Assembly: GCA_963783385.1 (NCBI GenBank)
Contig: CAWANJ010000003.1
Coordinates: 256,001-320,000, forward strand
Source of the DNA: an uncultured Gemmatimonadales bacterium
GTDB lineage: Bacteria; Gemmatimonadota; Gemmatimonadetes; Palauibacterales; Palauibacteraceae
DNA length: 64,000 nucleotides
Reading direction: 5' to 3'
Below the pieces are notes generated by a model. It did no database searches, was not told the DNA's origin, and saw only the letters and a list, made by a program, of their open reading frames with translations. The first letter of the stretch is position 1; every line of letters starts with the position of its first letter. Both the position numbers and the translations under genes were made by a program. This document shows positions 45,367-58,913 of the stretch, in pieces.

Positions 45367-45582
45367 CCGGCGGGTCCCCTCCGGGAGTGGGCCGCGGGCC
45401 GGATCGAGTGGCCGGCCCGGGCCGGGCGCGCCGCCGGGTGGCAGGTTCACGGCCGCGGTCGATATCTTGGTGACTCGACGCCTCGCCTGGCCGACTCTCG
45501 CAGGATCGTCCGACCGTGCCGGGGCGAGCTCCCAGGTGATGCTCCCCTCGATGTCGATGAGATTCCCCTGGAAGACGACGCC

Positions 45583-46938
45583 GTGATCGGCCGCCCCGCG
45601 GCCACCCGCCCGGTCGGGCCGAACCAAGGACCCCTCCCTCGCATCCTCGGCGCCACCTCGCTGGCGGCAGTCGCCGTGGGACTCATGATCGGGAGCGGCA
45701 TCTTCCGGGTGCCCGGCTCCGTCGCCGGGTCCGTCGGTTCGGTGGGGGCGCTGGCCCTCCTGTGGGTCTCGGGCGGGGTCCTGGCCCTGTTCGGCAGCAT
45801 GACCGTCGCCGAGCTGGCGTGCCTGTATCCCGAGGCCGGCGGAGTGTACGTCTTCCTCCGGGAGGCCTATGGCTCCCTGGCCGCCTTCCTGTACGGATGG
45901 ACGCGCCTCCTGCTCCTCGTTCCGGCCTCGATCGGAGCCATCGCGCTCATCTTCGCTGCCTACCTGCGTGGCCTGGTGGGGCTACCACCCGCGGCCGACC
46001 GGTGGCTGGCGGGCTCCCTCATTGCCGTTCTCGCCGCGGTCAACTACCGCTCGCTTCTGTGGAGCGCGCTCCTCGAGAACGCGGTCACCGCCGCCAAGGT
46101 GGTGGCGCTGGCCTGCGTGGCCGTGGCGGCCTTCGCGCTGGGGGGCGGGGGCGCGCTGAGCCGACCCGTCTCGCTGGCGCCCACGAGCTGGCCAGGCTTC
46201 GGTCTCGCCCTGGTCACGGTGATGTGGACGTACTCGGGATGGTCTAGCGTGGCGGCCCTGGGCGGCGAGGCGCGCGACCCGTCGCGGACGCTGCCCCGGG
46301 CCTTGCTCGGAGGGGTGGCGCTGGTCGTCGTGATCTACCTGGTCGTAAACGCTGCGTACCTGTATGTGCTCCCGATGGACGCCATGGCGCGCTCACCCGT
46401 GATCGCCGCCGATGCGGCCGTGCGAGTCGTGGGGAGGGCTGGAGCCGACGTGGTGGCCACCCTGGTGGTGGTCTCGACGATGGGCGCCGTGCAGGCCGCC
46501 CTGATGTTCAACCCGAGGATCTTCCTGGCCATGGCCCGTGACGGCCTCCTGCCCGGGCCGGTCGGCCGGGTGCACGAGCGCTTCCAGACCCCGCACGTGG
46601 CCACGCTCGTAGCGGCGCTGCTCGGAATCGTGTACGTGTCCGTGCGCTCGTTCGAGCAGCTCGCCCAGGCCTTCATCCTCGGGGTGTGGCCGTTCCACAT
46701 CTTGATGGTGTGGGCCGTGTTCCGGCTCCGACGGAGGCGCCCGGACGCGGACCGTCCGTATCGGACGCCGGGCTACCCGGTCGTGCCCGCGCTCTTCCTG
46801 TTCGCATCGGTGGCCATGATCATGAACGCGCTCTTCCGGCGGCCGGGACTCACCCTGTTCGGCTTCGGGCTCATCGCGGCCGGGCTTCCGGTCTACGCGT
46901 GGATCCGAAGGGCCCGGCGGAGCGATGCGCTCCGGTAG
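45583..46938 (+). CDS. APC-family amino acid permease (LAT/SteT-like)
   Basis: 451 aa, about 12 TM; MIGSGIF, AELACLYPEAGGVYVFL, WTYSGW, MARDG, RPYRTPGYP. Confidence 0.92.
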   Translation: MIGRPAATRPVGPNQGPLPRILGATSLAAVAVGLMIGSGIFRVPGSVAGSVGSVGALALLWVSGGVLALFGSMTVAELACLYPEAGGVYVFLREAYGSLAAFLYGWTRLLLLVPASIGAIALIFAAYLRGLVGLPPAADRWLAGSLIAVLAAVNYRSLLWSALLENAVTAAKVVALACVAVAAFALGGGGALSRPVSLAPTSWPGFGLALVTVMWTYSGWSSVAALGGEARDPSRTLPRALLGGVALVVVIYLVVNAAYLYVLPMDAMARSPVIAADAAVRVVGRAGADVVATLVVVSTMGAVQAALMFNPRIFLAMARDGLLPGPVGRVHERFQTPHVATLVAALLGIVYVSVRSFEQLAQAFILGVWPFHILMVWAVFRLRRRRPDADRPYRTPGYPVVPALFLFASVAMIMNALFRRPGLTLFGFGLIAAGLPVYAWIRRARRSDALR

Positions 46939-46995
46939 CGGCCCCACCCCGGCCCGACCGGGGCGCGGTCGCCCCTGGCACGGCGGGACCCGCGG

Positions 46996-49900
46996 TTACC
47001 GGGACGTGGCCGGCTTCAGCCGCTCCCAGCGCGCCGCTAGGCCGTCCAGCTCCTTCCGGTAGGCCTCCAGCACGTCCCGCAGCCCCGAGGCGGGCGCCGC
47101 GTCGGCGCCCTGCACGCGCCCGGCCAGCTCCGTGAGGACGCCGGCCACCGACCGCAGGCTGGGCTCGCCGCCGTCCGCCAGGGCGCGCAGCGAATCGGCC
47201 CGGTCGCCGGCGAGCAATGTCCCGCCCGCCTTCAGGGCGGCCTCCACCTCCCGGTGGGTCGACACGGCCCGGTCGAGGGTCGAGTCCACGGCCAGGGCGA
47301 GCGCGAGCTGCGCGCGCAACGCCTCCGCGTCGACGTGCGCCCTGGGATCGAGCTTCACGGTCAGGGGCTGCGCGTAGTCCTTCCCGTTCGCGTGCAGCGT
47401 GGCCGTGTAGCGTCCGGGCAGGACCAGCGGCCCCTCCGGGTCCAGCGGCTCGCCCTCCCTCCACACCGCGGCGATCGAGTAGCCGTAGCCGAGCGCCTTC
47501 GGCCGCGGGTAGCGGAGGTCCCACACGAAGCGGTGCATGCCGGCGCGCGCCGAAAGGGGACGGCCGCCGTACGGGGTGCCGGCGGCCACGCGCCGACCGT
47601 CCGGCCCCAGCCAGTCCGTCTCGAAGTAGCGGGTCGCCGGGAGCGCCTCGGTCGTGTCCGCGCTCGAGAAGCGCCGCACCACGCGCCCGGCGTCGTCCCG
47701 GACGGTGAGCGTCACGGGCCCGGACGCCGCGCCGCCCAGCCAGTAGTCGAGGATGGCGCCCGATGGCGGGTTCTGGCCCAGCGGCGTGGAGGGCGGCCAC
47801 GGCGTGTCCCGGTTCTCGTCGGCGCGCACGCGCAGGGCGGCGGGGGGCTGGAACAGCCGGGCGGGCTCGGAGGCCAGCTCGTCGCCCGCCTGCCGCAGGG
47901 GCGCCAGGTCGTCCAGGATCCAGATGCCCCGCCCCTGCGTGGCGGCGATCAGGTCCCCGTCGTGCACCAGGAGGTCCCGCACCCAGGTGGTCGGGAAGTC
48001 GAGCGACAGCGACTGCCAACGGGCGCCATCGTCGAACGAGACGTACAGGCCCCGGTCGGTGCCGGCGTACAGGAGCCCCCGCTTCTCGGGGTCGGCCCGC
48101 ACCACCGTGGTGTACTCGTCCCGCGGGATCCCGGCGTCGATGCGGCTCCAGCTCCGGCCCCCGTCGGTGGTCTCGAGGAGGAGGGGCTCGAACCGGTCGA
48201 TCCGGTGCAGGTCCACCGCCGCGTAGGCCACATCGCTGTCGGAGGGCGACAGCGCGACGGCGCTCACGCGGCCCCAGGCGGGGATCTGCTTGGGGGTGAC
48301 GTTCGTCCAGTGCGCCCCGCCGTCCCGGGTGACCCGGATGAGGCCGTCGTCCGTGCCCACCCAGATGGTGCGTGCCGAGGTGGGCGAGGGAGCGATCGTG
48401 TAGATGACCCCGAAGCCGCAGGCGCGGGCCGTGGCCAGGTCCGGCTCCCGGCAGGCCTTCGCGGAGGGCCCGTCACCTCCCGTGACTTTCCCGCTCAGGT
48501 CGGGGCTCACCACCGTCCAGTGGTCCCCGTCGTCGGTGGAGCGGAAGAGCACCTGCGCGCCGAAGTACATGGCGTGGTCCACGGGCGAGAACTCGAGCGG
48601 GCTGATCCAGGTGTAGCGGTACTTCACGCTGGTCGGCCGCGCCCCGTAGCTGGACACCGGCCACGGCGAGACCTCGGCCACCTGCCGCGTGACCTCGTCG
48701 AAGCGCGACACGTGCCCGCCGAGCCCGCTCCCGAACACGAGGTCCGGATCGCCCGGCTTGGGCACCATGTAGTCGCGCTCGTCGCCGCCCACCGGGTGCC
48801 AGTCCCGGAGCTCGATGACGCCGTAGGGCCCCCGGCTGGCGATCTCCACGGTGCCGTTGTCCTGCTGTCCGCTGTAGATCCGGTAGGGGAAGCGCTGGTC
48901 GGCGGCCAGGTGGTAGAACTGGCCGGTGGGCTGGTTGTACCAGCTCGACCAGCTCGCGCCGCCGTTCACGGTGACCGCGGCGCCCTGGTCGGCCCCCGAG
49001 ATCATGTGGTCGGGCGCCGCGGGGTCGATCCACATGAAGTGGTAGTCGTCCCCGCCCGGCGAGCCCTTGAAGATCGTGAAGTGGGCGCCGCCGTCGTCCG
49101 ACCGGTGGATCGAGCGCCCCATGACGTAGACCACGTCCGGGTCGTCCGGCGCCGTCGTGATGCGGCTGAAGTAGTCGTTGGCCAGCTCGGGATCGTCGTT
49201 CAGGAGCTTCCAGCTCCGGCCGCCGTCGTCGGAGCGGTAGAAGCCGTTCCGCCCCGCCGGGGGCGATCACGGTGGCGTACACGCGCCCCCCGCCGCTTCC
49301 GCGCGGGACCGCCAGCCCAATGCGGCCCAGCGGCCCCTTCGGGAGCCCGGTCCCGCCAGCCTCGTCCAGGTCTCGCCCCCGTCCTCGCTCTTGTAGATGC
49401 CCGATCCGGGACCCGCCTGGGGGATGAAGTAGTCCAGGTAGGGGTGGAGCCGCATCTGCCACGCGGCGGCGTACACGACCGCGGGGTGCTCCGGATCGCG
49501 GGCCAGGTCCACCACGCCCGTGTTGTCGTCGACCTTCAGCACCTGCTTCCACGTCCGGCCGCCGTCCGTGGTCAGGTAGATCCCGCGCTCGGGGTTGGGT
49601 CCGAACGCGTGCCCCAGGGCGCCGACCAGCACCCGGTTCGGGTCCTGCGGGTCGACCAGGATGCGGCCGATGTGCCGGGTGGCGTCCAGCCCCAGGTGCT
49701 TCCACGTCTTCCCGCCGTCGTCCGACCGGTACACGCCGTTCCCGGCCATGGCGTCGTAGCGGATGGTGGGCTGGCCCGTGCCTACGTAGATCACGTCGGG
49801 GTCCGAGGGCGCGACCGCCAGCGCTCCGATCGACGAGGCCTCCTGGTGCTGCATGAGCCCCTGCCACGTCCGGCCGGCGTCCGTGGTCTTCCACACGCCG

Positions 49901-50175
49901 CCGCCCGCCGAGCCGAAGTAGAAGGTGTTCGGCTTCCCCGGCACGCCCGCGGCCACCGTCGCCCACCCGGCCCGGAAGGGACCCACCAGCCGCCAGCGCA
50001 TGCCCCCGTAGGCGGCGGGTGGCACCGAGTCGGGACGGGCCTGGGCCGCGTGGCCGGCGGCGGCGACGGAGGCCTCCGCGAGTGAGCGCGGGTGGGAGGA
50101 CGCGATCCGGGTGCTCGGGAGCGCCGGGGCCGGGAGGGCGAGGAGCGCGGCGAGCAGGCAGGCGAGGGGCGTCAT
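46996..50175 (-). CDS. Secreted VPS10/BNR (Asp-box) beta-propeller protein, paralog 2 (frameshifts at 49250-49350)
   Basis: Signal peptide MTPLACLLAALL; MRWRLVGPFRAG; repeated S/T-x-D-G-G-x-x-W; WYNQPTGQFYH; ATQGRGIWILDD. Confidence 0.85.
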
Positions 50176-53100
50176 CGTGGGGACTCCGTGATCGTTCGCG
50201 TGGTATCGGACGGCGGGGCGGCGAGGGGCTGCAGCCCGGCCTTCTTCAGGCGTGCGTCGAGGGCCGGGACCTCCGTCCGCAACACGGCTTCCCAGCGCTC
50301 CCGGGCGCTTCGCAGGGCGGCCTCCTGGCGCGAGAACGCCTCGCGGGTCTGGGCCGGCGGCTCGCGGTCGGCGCTCTGCACCACAGTCTCCAGCGATGCG
50401 AGGCCGTCGGGCAAAGTCGCCGCGGCCGCCATCACCTGCCGGCGCAGGCGACGGGCGGCGTCGGCCAGTCCGGCGGGCAGATCCCCGCGGGCCGCGAGTG
50501 GCGCCGAGACGGCCGGCCAGACGCCCGGCGTCGCGGGCGATCCCGGTCCGCTCGGTGAGGGCGTCCCGGACCGCGAGCGCCAGGGAGAGCTGATCGCGGA
50601 GCGCGGCCTCGGAGACGTGGACGCGCGGATCGAGGGCGACCTCGAGCGGGACCTCGACGGTGCGGCTGTCGGCGGTGAGCCGGACCCGATATGTGCCCGG
50701 GACGGCCACCGGGCCCTGCGGCTCCATCACCGTTCCCTTGCCGGCGATGGCCGCAATGCTGTAGTCGCGCGTCGCGAGAGGCGGCGGCGCCCAGCGCAGG
50801 TCCCACACGAACCGGTGGTGACCGGCGCCGGCCCCGGGGATCTCCGAGCGCGGCAGCCAGTTCGAGGTGAAGTAGGTGGGCGCGGGGGGCGTGAAGGGCG
50901 CCTCGTCGCTCGAGTAGGCTCGCACCGTGTCGCCCGCCGCGTCCAGGATCTGGATGCGGACCGGCCCGGAGGCCCCGGCCGGGAGCCAGTAGTCGATGAT
51001 GGCGCCGGCCGGCGGATTCTCCCCCTGGGGAAACTCGGCCGGGGAGCGGCGTGTCGTTGTTCTCGCTGCGGCGCAGCCGCCACGCGCGGGCGCGGGCGGT
51101 ACAGGTGGGGCGCGGCTCCCACCGTCTCCGGGCCCAGCTGCCGCAGCGAGGGTGAGGTCGTCCAGGATCCAGAATGGAGCGTCCGTGCGTGGCGGCCACC
51201 AGGTCGCCGTGCGCTACGGCCAGGTCGCGCACCGCCACGGTCGGCAGGTCGAGCTGGAGCGACTGCCACCGCGCCCCGTCGTCGAAGGACACGTACACGC
51301 CCCGCTCGGTGGCGGCGTACAGGAGGCCCCGCCGTACCGGGTCGGCCCGCACGGCCCGCACGAAGGCCCCCTCGGGGATCCCGGAGTCGATCCGGGTCCA
51401 GTGCGCGCCCCCATGTCGCGGGTGCGGTAGATGTAGGGCGACAGGTCGTCCAGCCGGTGGCGGTCGATCGCCGCGTAGGCGGTGGCCGAGTCGAAGGGCG
51501 ACGCCTCGAGGACGCTCACCTTGCTCCAGGGGGTGAGGGCGGGCGGCGTGACGTCCCGCCAGCGGGCGCCGCCGTCGGTGGTGAGCTGGATGCGGCCGTC
51601 GTCCGTCCCGGCCCACACCAGGCCCTCGCGCACCGGCGAGGGGGCGATCGCGTACACGACCCCGTGCCCGCGCGCCGAGGCGTTGGCCACGGACAGGGGT
51701 CCCCGTCCCGTGTCGGCCGGGGCGCCGCCAGCCGCCGCCGCGCCGGTGAGGTCCGGACTCGCCGCCTCCCAGTGGAGCCCGCCATCCCGGCGTCCGGAGC
51801 ACCATCTGGGCGCCCAGGTAGAGGGTGTGGGGATCGAGCGGGTCGAACACGATCGGCGACGTCCAGGTGAAGCGGAAGCGGCGCTCCGAGAAGGGCGTGT
51901 AGAAGCTCGCCGCCGGGGCGGGAGAGACGTCCTGGCTCTGGCCCGTGGACCGGTCGAAGCGGTGCACGGTCCCGTAGGTGTCCCCGGCGTAGGCGACCCC
52001 CGGGTGCAGCGGATCGGGCGCGATGTAGCCGGCCTCGCCCCCACCGGCCGAGATCCAGTTCCGGAAGGTGATGCGGCCGTAGTCGTCCCGGCTGTCGATC
52101 ACCACGTTCCCGGCGTCCTGCTGGGCGCCGTAGATCCGATAGGGGAAGTGGTCATCCACGCTCACGTGGTAGAACTGCGCCGTGGGCTGGTTGTACCAGC
52201 TGCTCCAGGTCCGGCCGCCGTCCAGGCTCAGGGTGGCTCCCTGGTCCACGCCCGCGATCATGCGGCGCGGGTCGCGTGGGGTCGATCCACAGGTAGTGGT
52301 AGTCGTCCCCGCCCGGCGATCCCTTGATGGACGTGAAGGTCTTCCCGGCGTCCGTGGATCGGTACAGCCCCACCTTGGGGAGGTAGACGACCTCCGGGTC
52401 CTTCGGGTCCAGGAACACCCGCCCGAAGTACCATCCGCGCGCGGTGACGCGGGGGTCGTCGCTGGTGCGCTTCCAGGTGGCGCCTCCGTCGTCCGAGCGG
52501 TACAGCCCACCCTGCTGCGGAGCGTCCACGATCGCGTACACCCGCTTCCCGCCCGGTGCCACGGCCACGCCGATGCGCCCGACGCCCCCCCCGGACGGGA
52601 AGCCCCCGCCCGTGACCGCGGACCAGCTCTTCCCGCCATCGGTGGACCGGAACAGGCCACTGCCCGCTCCCTGCACGGGCGGATACTGGCTCCAGGTCGG
52701 GCGGTGCATGGACCACAGGGCCGCGTACACGAGGTCGGGGTTCGAGGGATCGGCGGCCAGGTCGATCGCCCCCGCCTCCGGACCTCGGTACAGGACCTTC
52801 GTCCACGTCTTCCCGCCGTTCGTGGTGCGGTACACGCCGCGCTCGGGGTTGGGGCCGTACGCGTGGCCCATGGCCGCGACGAGCGCCACGGACGGGTCCC
52901 GCGGGTCGACGAGGATCTTCCCGATGTGCCGCGTGGCCTCGAGCCCGACGTGCGACCAGCGCGCCCCGCCGTCGGTGGAGCGGTACACGCCGTCGCCGTA
53001 TGTCATGTCGGAGCGCATGTCGGCCTCTCCCGTGCCCACCCACAGCACGTCCGTGTCCGAGGGCGCGATCGCGATCGCGCCGATCGAGGGGGAGACCTGG

Positions 53101-53465
53101 CCGTCCGAGATGGACTCCCAGGTGAGGCCGGCGTTGGTGGTCTTCCATACGCCGCCGTCCACGGCCCCGAACAAGAAGGTGCGCGGGTTGCCGGGGATCC
53201 CGGCGGCCGCCAGGACGCGGCCCGCCCGGAAGGGACCGATCAGTCGCCAGCGCATGCCCACGTAGGCCGCGGCCGGGACCGTGTCGGTGGACGTCGATCG
53301 GTCCGCACCGACGATCCGGGCCGGGTCGACGCCGGCCGGTCGGAGGTCGTCGACGCTCGCGGCTCGCGTCTGGGAGAAGGGGACGGCCCCGACCACGAGG
53401 CCGAGGGCGAGGGCCGGGGAGGCCGTTCGGATCCGGCCCGCCACTCTCGAGATTCGCGCCAGCAT
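50172..53465 (-). CDS. Secreted VPS10/BNR beta-propeller protein, paralog 1 (several frameshifts)
   Basis: MRWRLIGPFRAG, Asp-boxes, WYNQPTAQFYH; its stop overlaps the ATG of paralog 2. Confidence 0.85.
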
Positions 53466-53684
53466 CGCACCACTCCGCTGCTTCGGGAAGGCCCCCGTCC
53501 ACACCGGAGGCAGGCCAAGATGCGCGGAGCCGCCGGGCGCCCACAAGCGGAGCGCCGCGCCGCGGAGCGGGGGCCTGTACGGGCCGGGAGCCCGGGCTCA
53601 GATTGCCTCGAGGATCGGCGAGTTGGCCGGGCGGCGGCAGCCTGGCGACGGCGAACCGCGAGGCGATCACGAGGAGGAGACGCG

Positions 53685-55430
53685 ATGAGGACTCTCTCGA
53701 GGATGGCGTTGGCGACGGCACTCCTTGTCGGGATCGGCGCCTGCGGTGGCGGGAGCGGTTCCGCGGGGAGCGGCGGCTGGGCCAGGGAGGACCTCACGCC
53801 TCGCCAGGGCTACGTGCACGTGCCCGGGGGGCGGATCTGGTACCGGATCGTCGGGACCGGCAAGGGCACGCCCCTGCTCACCCTGCACGGCGGCCCCGGC
53901 GTTCCCCATTACTACCTGAAGCCGCTGGCGGGGGTGGGCGCGGACCGGCCCGTCATCTTCTTCGACCAGCTCGGCGCCGGCCGCTCGGACCGCGTCACCG
54001 ACCCGGGCCTGTTCACGATCCCGAAGTACGTGGAGCGCCTGGACAGCCTCCGGCATCGGCTCGGCCTGCGGGAGGTGCACCTGTACGGGCAGTCGTGGGG
54101 GACGATCCTCGGGACGGAGTACGTGCTGGCCCACCCGGAGGGCGTGCGCAGCCTCATCCTGTCGAGCCCCGCCCTGGACATCCCGAGGTGGGGCGCGGAC
54201 GCGAACGAGCTGGTCGCCACGCTCCCCGACTCGCTGCAGGAGGCCATCCGCCGGGGGGACAGCACGGGAGACTTCCAGTCCCCGGCCTACCAGGCCGCCA
54301 CCCAGGCCTACTACCAGCGCTATCTGGCCAGGAAGCAGCCGTGGTCGGCCGACATCGACAGCGCCTTTGCCGGGATGGACACCGTGCAGTACTACGCCCT
54401 CAACGGGCACAGCGAGTTCACCATGGACGGCGGCCTGAAGGACTACGACATCACCGACAGCCTGCCCTCCCTGCACCTGCCCGTGCTCTACATCGCGGGG
54501 CAGTACGACGAGGCCCGGCCGCCGACGGTGCGCTCCTTCGCCGCCCGGACGCCCGATGCGATCCTGTCGATCACTCCGAACGCCGGCCACCTCACCATGC
54601 AGGACGACTCGGCCCACGACGTCGAGACGATCCGAAGCTTCCTGCGGCGAGTGGACGCGGGGGGGATGGCGGCGGGCGGAGCGTCGACCGCTTCGGCCGG
54701 AGGGACCGGGCCGGGCTCCGTGGCCGCGGCGCCGGCCGCCGCGACCCGGTGGACCATCCCCGACTCGGCGGCCTGCCGGGGCGTCACCTTCGCCTGGAGC
54801 GTGCCGCTGGAGCGGGCCCGGGCCCTGGTCGGCCCCGAACTGGAGCCGGCCGAGACCTCACCCGGCGAGAGCACGGTGAGCGTGTTCGGCACCACCTGTC
54901 CCGGCGGCGCGGTGGGCGGCGAGAGCACGGGACCCACCGGGCTCGCGGCCCTCATCGTTCCGGTGCGGGCGCCCTCCGACTCCCTGGGCCAGAGCGGCGT
55001 CGATTTCTGGGCCGCGATCCCGGAGGTCGTCGCCCCGGTCGGGAGCCCGGTGGCGGCGCTGTTCCGGAGGACCGGCTTCCACGTCACCGACGGCACGGTC
55101 CGGATCGAGTCCGGCGATCTCGCGGCCGGGGGGCGGGTGACCCTCGCGGTGACCACGGGCGAGGGCCGGCTTCGGGGCTCCGCGGCCGTTCCCCCGGCCG
55201 CCGCGGCCGTCTCCCGCTCCGTGCACTCGGGTCTCGTCGGGCCCGGCTCGGGTGCGGTGCCCCTGTTCCAGGGCATCGAGACTCCCCACCGACGGACCGC
55301 CACCTCGCCCGCGATGCGAGAGGAGGGGGCCGGGTGGCTCTCGCGCGTCGGGCTCGAGGGCCCGCCCGCCACCGCCTTCGTGGACACCGACTTCACCTGG
55401 GACTTCGGCTTCGCCCGGGTGAAGCGGTAG
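53685..55430 (+). CDS. Lipoprotein proline iminopeptidase-family alpha/beta hydrolase with an extra C-terminal domain
   Basis: SD GAGGAGG; lipobox IGAC; HGGPG, nucleophile GQSWG, QYDE, AGHL; Ala/Gly linker followed by a ~230-aa domain. Confidence 0.85.
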   Translation: MRTLSRMALATALLVGIGACGGGSGSAGSGGWAREDLTPRQGYVHVPGGRIWYRIVGTGKGTPLLTLHGGPGVPHYYLKPLAGVGADRPVIFFDQLGAGRSDRVTDPGLFTIPKYVERLDSLRHRLGLREVHLYGQSWGTILGTEYVLAHPEGVRSLILSSPALDIPRWGADANELVATLPDSLQEAIRRGDSTGDFQSPAYQAATQAYYQRYLARKQPWSADIDSAFAGMDTVQYYALNGHSEFTMDGGLKDYDITDSLPSLHLPVLYIAGQYDEARPPTVRSFAARTPDAILSITPNAGHLTMQDDSAHDVETIRSFLRRVDAGGMAAGGASTASAGGTGPGSVAAAPAAATRWTIPDSAACRGVTFAWSVPLERARALVGPELEPAETSPGESTVSVFGTTCPGGAVGGESTGPTGLAALIVPVRAPSDSLGQSGVDFWAAIPEVVAPVGSPVAALFRRTGFHVTDGTVRIESGDLAAGGRVTLAVTTGEGRLRGSAAVPPAAAAVSRSVHSGLVGPGSGAVPLFQGIETPHRRTATSPAMREEGAGWLSRVGLEGPPATAFVDTDFTWDFGFARVKR

Positions 55431-55725
55431 TTCGGACCGGTCGGCCGCCCCTCCCGGCCTTCGGCGCCGGCTCCGCAGGCGGGTGTAGCGCAGGCGCCAC
55501 GGTCGGGCGCGCGGCACGCCCGCGTGACGCGCGAGATCTCTGCCGCCCCCGGCCCGGCGCGGGACCGGGGACCGCGCCGCGGCGGGGCCTCCCCGGCACC
55601 TCCCGTGGGCGCCCGGCATGGCCTCCCTCCCCGGACGCAGCGGTGGCCGGGAACCTGCAAGGAGCGTGTCCCAGGTTGCGTGTCCCCGGATCCGGATAGA
55701 GACAGATCGCCTGCTGGAGGAATCG

Positions 55726-58165
<2,440 letters not shown>

Positions 58166-58182
<17 letters not shown>

Positions 58183-58420
58183 CGAGGCCGGTGAGGACCA
58201 GCGCGCCGGCCCACAGCCGGTCCAGGTCGAGCCACGCCGTACGCAGGAGGCGGAGTCCCACCCGGCGGTACACCACCAGGGCGACCACCGCGGTGACCAG
58301 GAGATAACCCGCCGTGTGGAACCCGGTCACGGCCAGCCCGGCCGGGGCCCCGCCGCCCCCGTGGGGAGCTCCCCGGCGCGACGAGGCGTGTGTTGCCCCA
58401 CGGGAAGATCCGGACTCTCC
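58166..58420 (-). pseudogene. C-terminal remnant of a conserved membrane protein
   Basis: Manual translation GLAVTGFHTAGYLLVTAVVALVVYRRVGLRLLRTAWLDLDRLWAGALVLTGLVTPWL*. In-frame TAG at 58423-58421 upstream, no ATG; overlaps the ppsA stop. Confidence 0.55.
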
Positions 58421-58524
58421 CTACAGCCGCACCGGCGGCGCCACCGCAGTGTGCAACCCATCGAAACAAGCGGGAATGCCCGGGCGCGGGGACCCAACGC
58501 CCGGCGGTCCGGTCGGAGGTCGCC

Positions 58525-58869
58525 ATGACGGAATACGGTTCGCGGTGGAACGGGCGGGAGCCCAGCTGGGACGTGATGCTGCGCGAGCGCCAGGTGACGC
58601 GTCGGCTCGAGCGCGAGCGCCGCGTGCCGCCCCTCACTCCGGCGGAGGCGAGGGCGGTTCGGGAGGCGATACGGGCCGTTCTTCGGGGACCGGGCGCCCC
58701 CTCGGCCTACGGGATCCTCAAGCGCTTCGATGGGGGCGATGGGGCCTTCGACAGCCGCCACCTGGACCTCCTCCGCGAGGTCGAGCGGCGGGTCAGCGAG
58801 CGCCGCGGCGGCCGCGCGGGCACCCGGGCCGCCGAGCGGGCCGCAGACCTGGAGCTCGTCGGAGTCTGA
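58525..58869 (+). CDS. Hypothetical protein (114 aa, charged, predicted helical)
   Basis: SD GGAGG then ATG 58525; GC3-biased codons; no recognised motif. Confidence 0.6.
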   Translation: MTEYGSRWNGREPSWDVMLRERQVTRRLERERRVPPLTPAEARAVREAIRAVLRGPGAPSAYGILKRFDGGDGAFDSRHLDLLREVERRVSERRGGRAGTRAAERAADLELVGV

Positions 58870-58913
58870 GCGATGGCGTGAAATCGGGGTCCGGGTCCCC
58901 TACCTTCGGGGGG

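Noticed and set aside
580-53465. Many frameshifted genes read as mass pseudogenisation or programmed frameshifting
   Set aside because: Single-base shifts also hit the peptidase, kinase, regulator and propellers, often at short runs, and I noticed no in-frame nonsense codons. Uncorrected long-read indels are more likely; read polishing would decide.
7029-55430. Long antisense and alternative-frame ORFs (e.g. 10745..13354, 30778..33156, 47254..50085, the first half of 52182..55430)
   Set aside because: Shadow ORFs typical of high-GC coding DNA; Arg/Pro/Gly-rich with no motifs.
55479-55493. GCGGGTGTAGCGCAG resembling a tRNA 5' end
   Set aside because: No D-loop GG context, anticodon arm, T-loop or matching acceptor strand follows.
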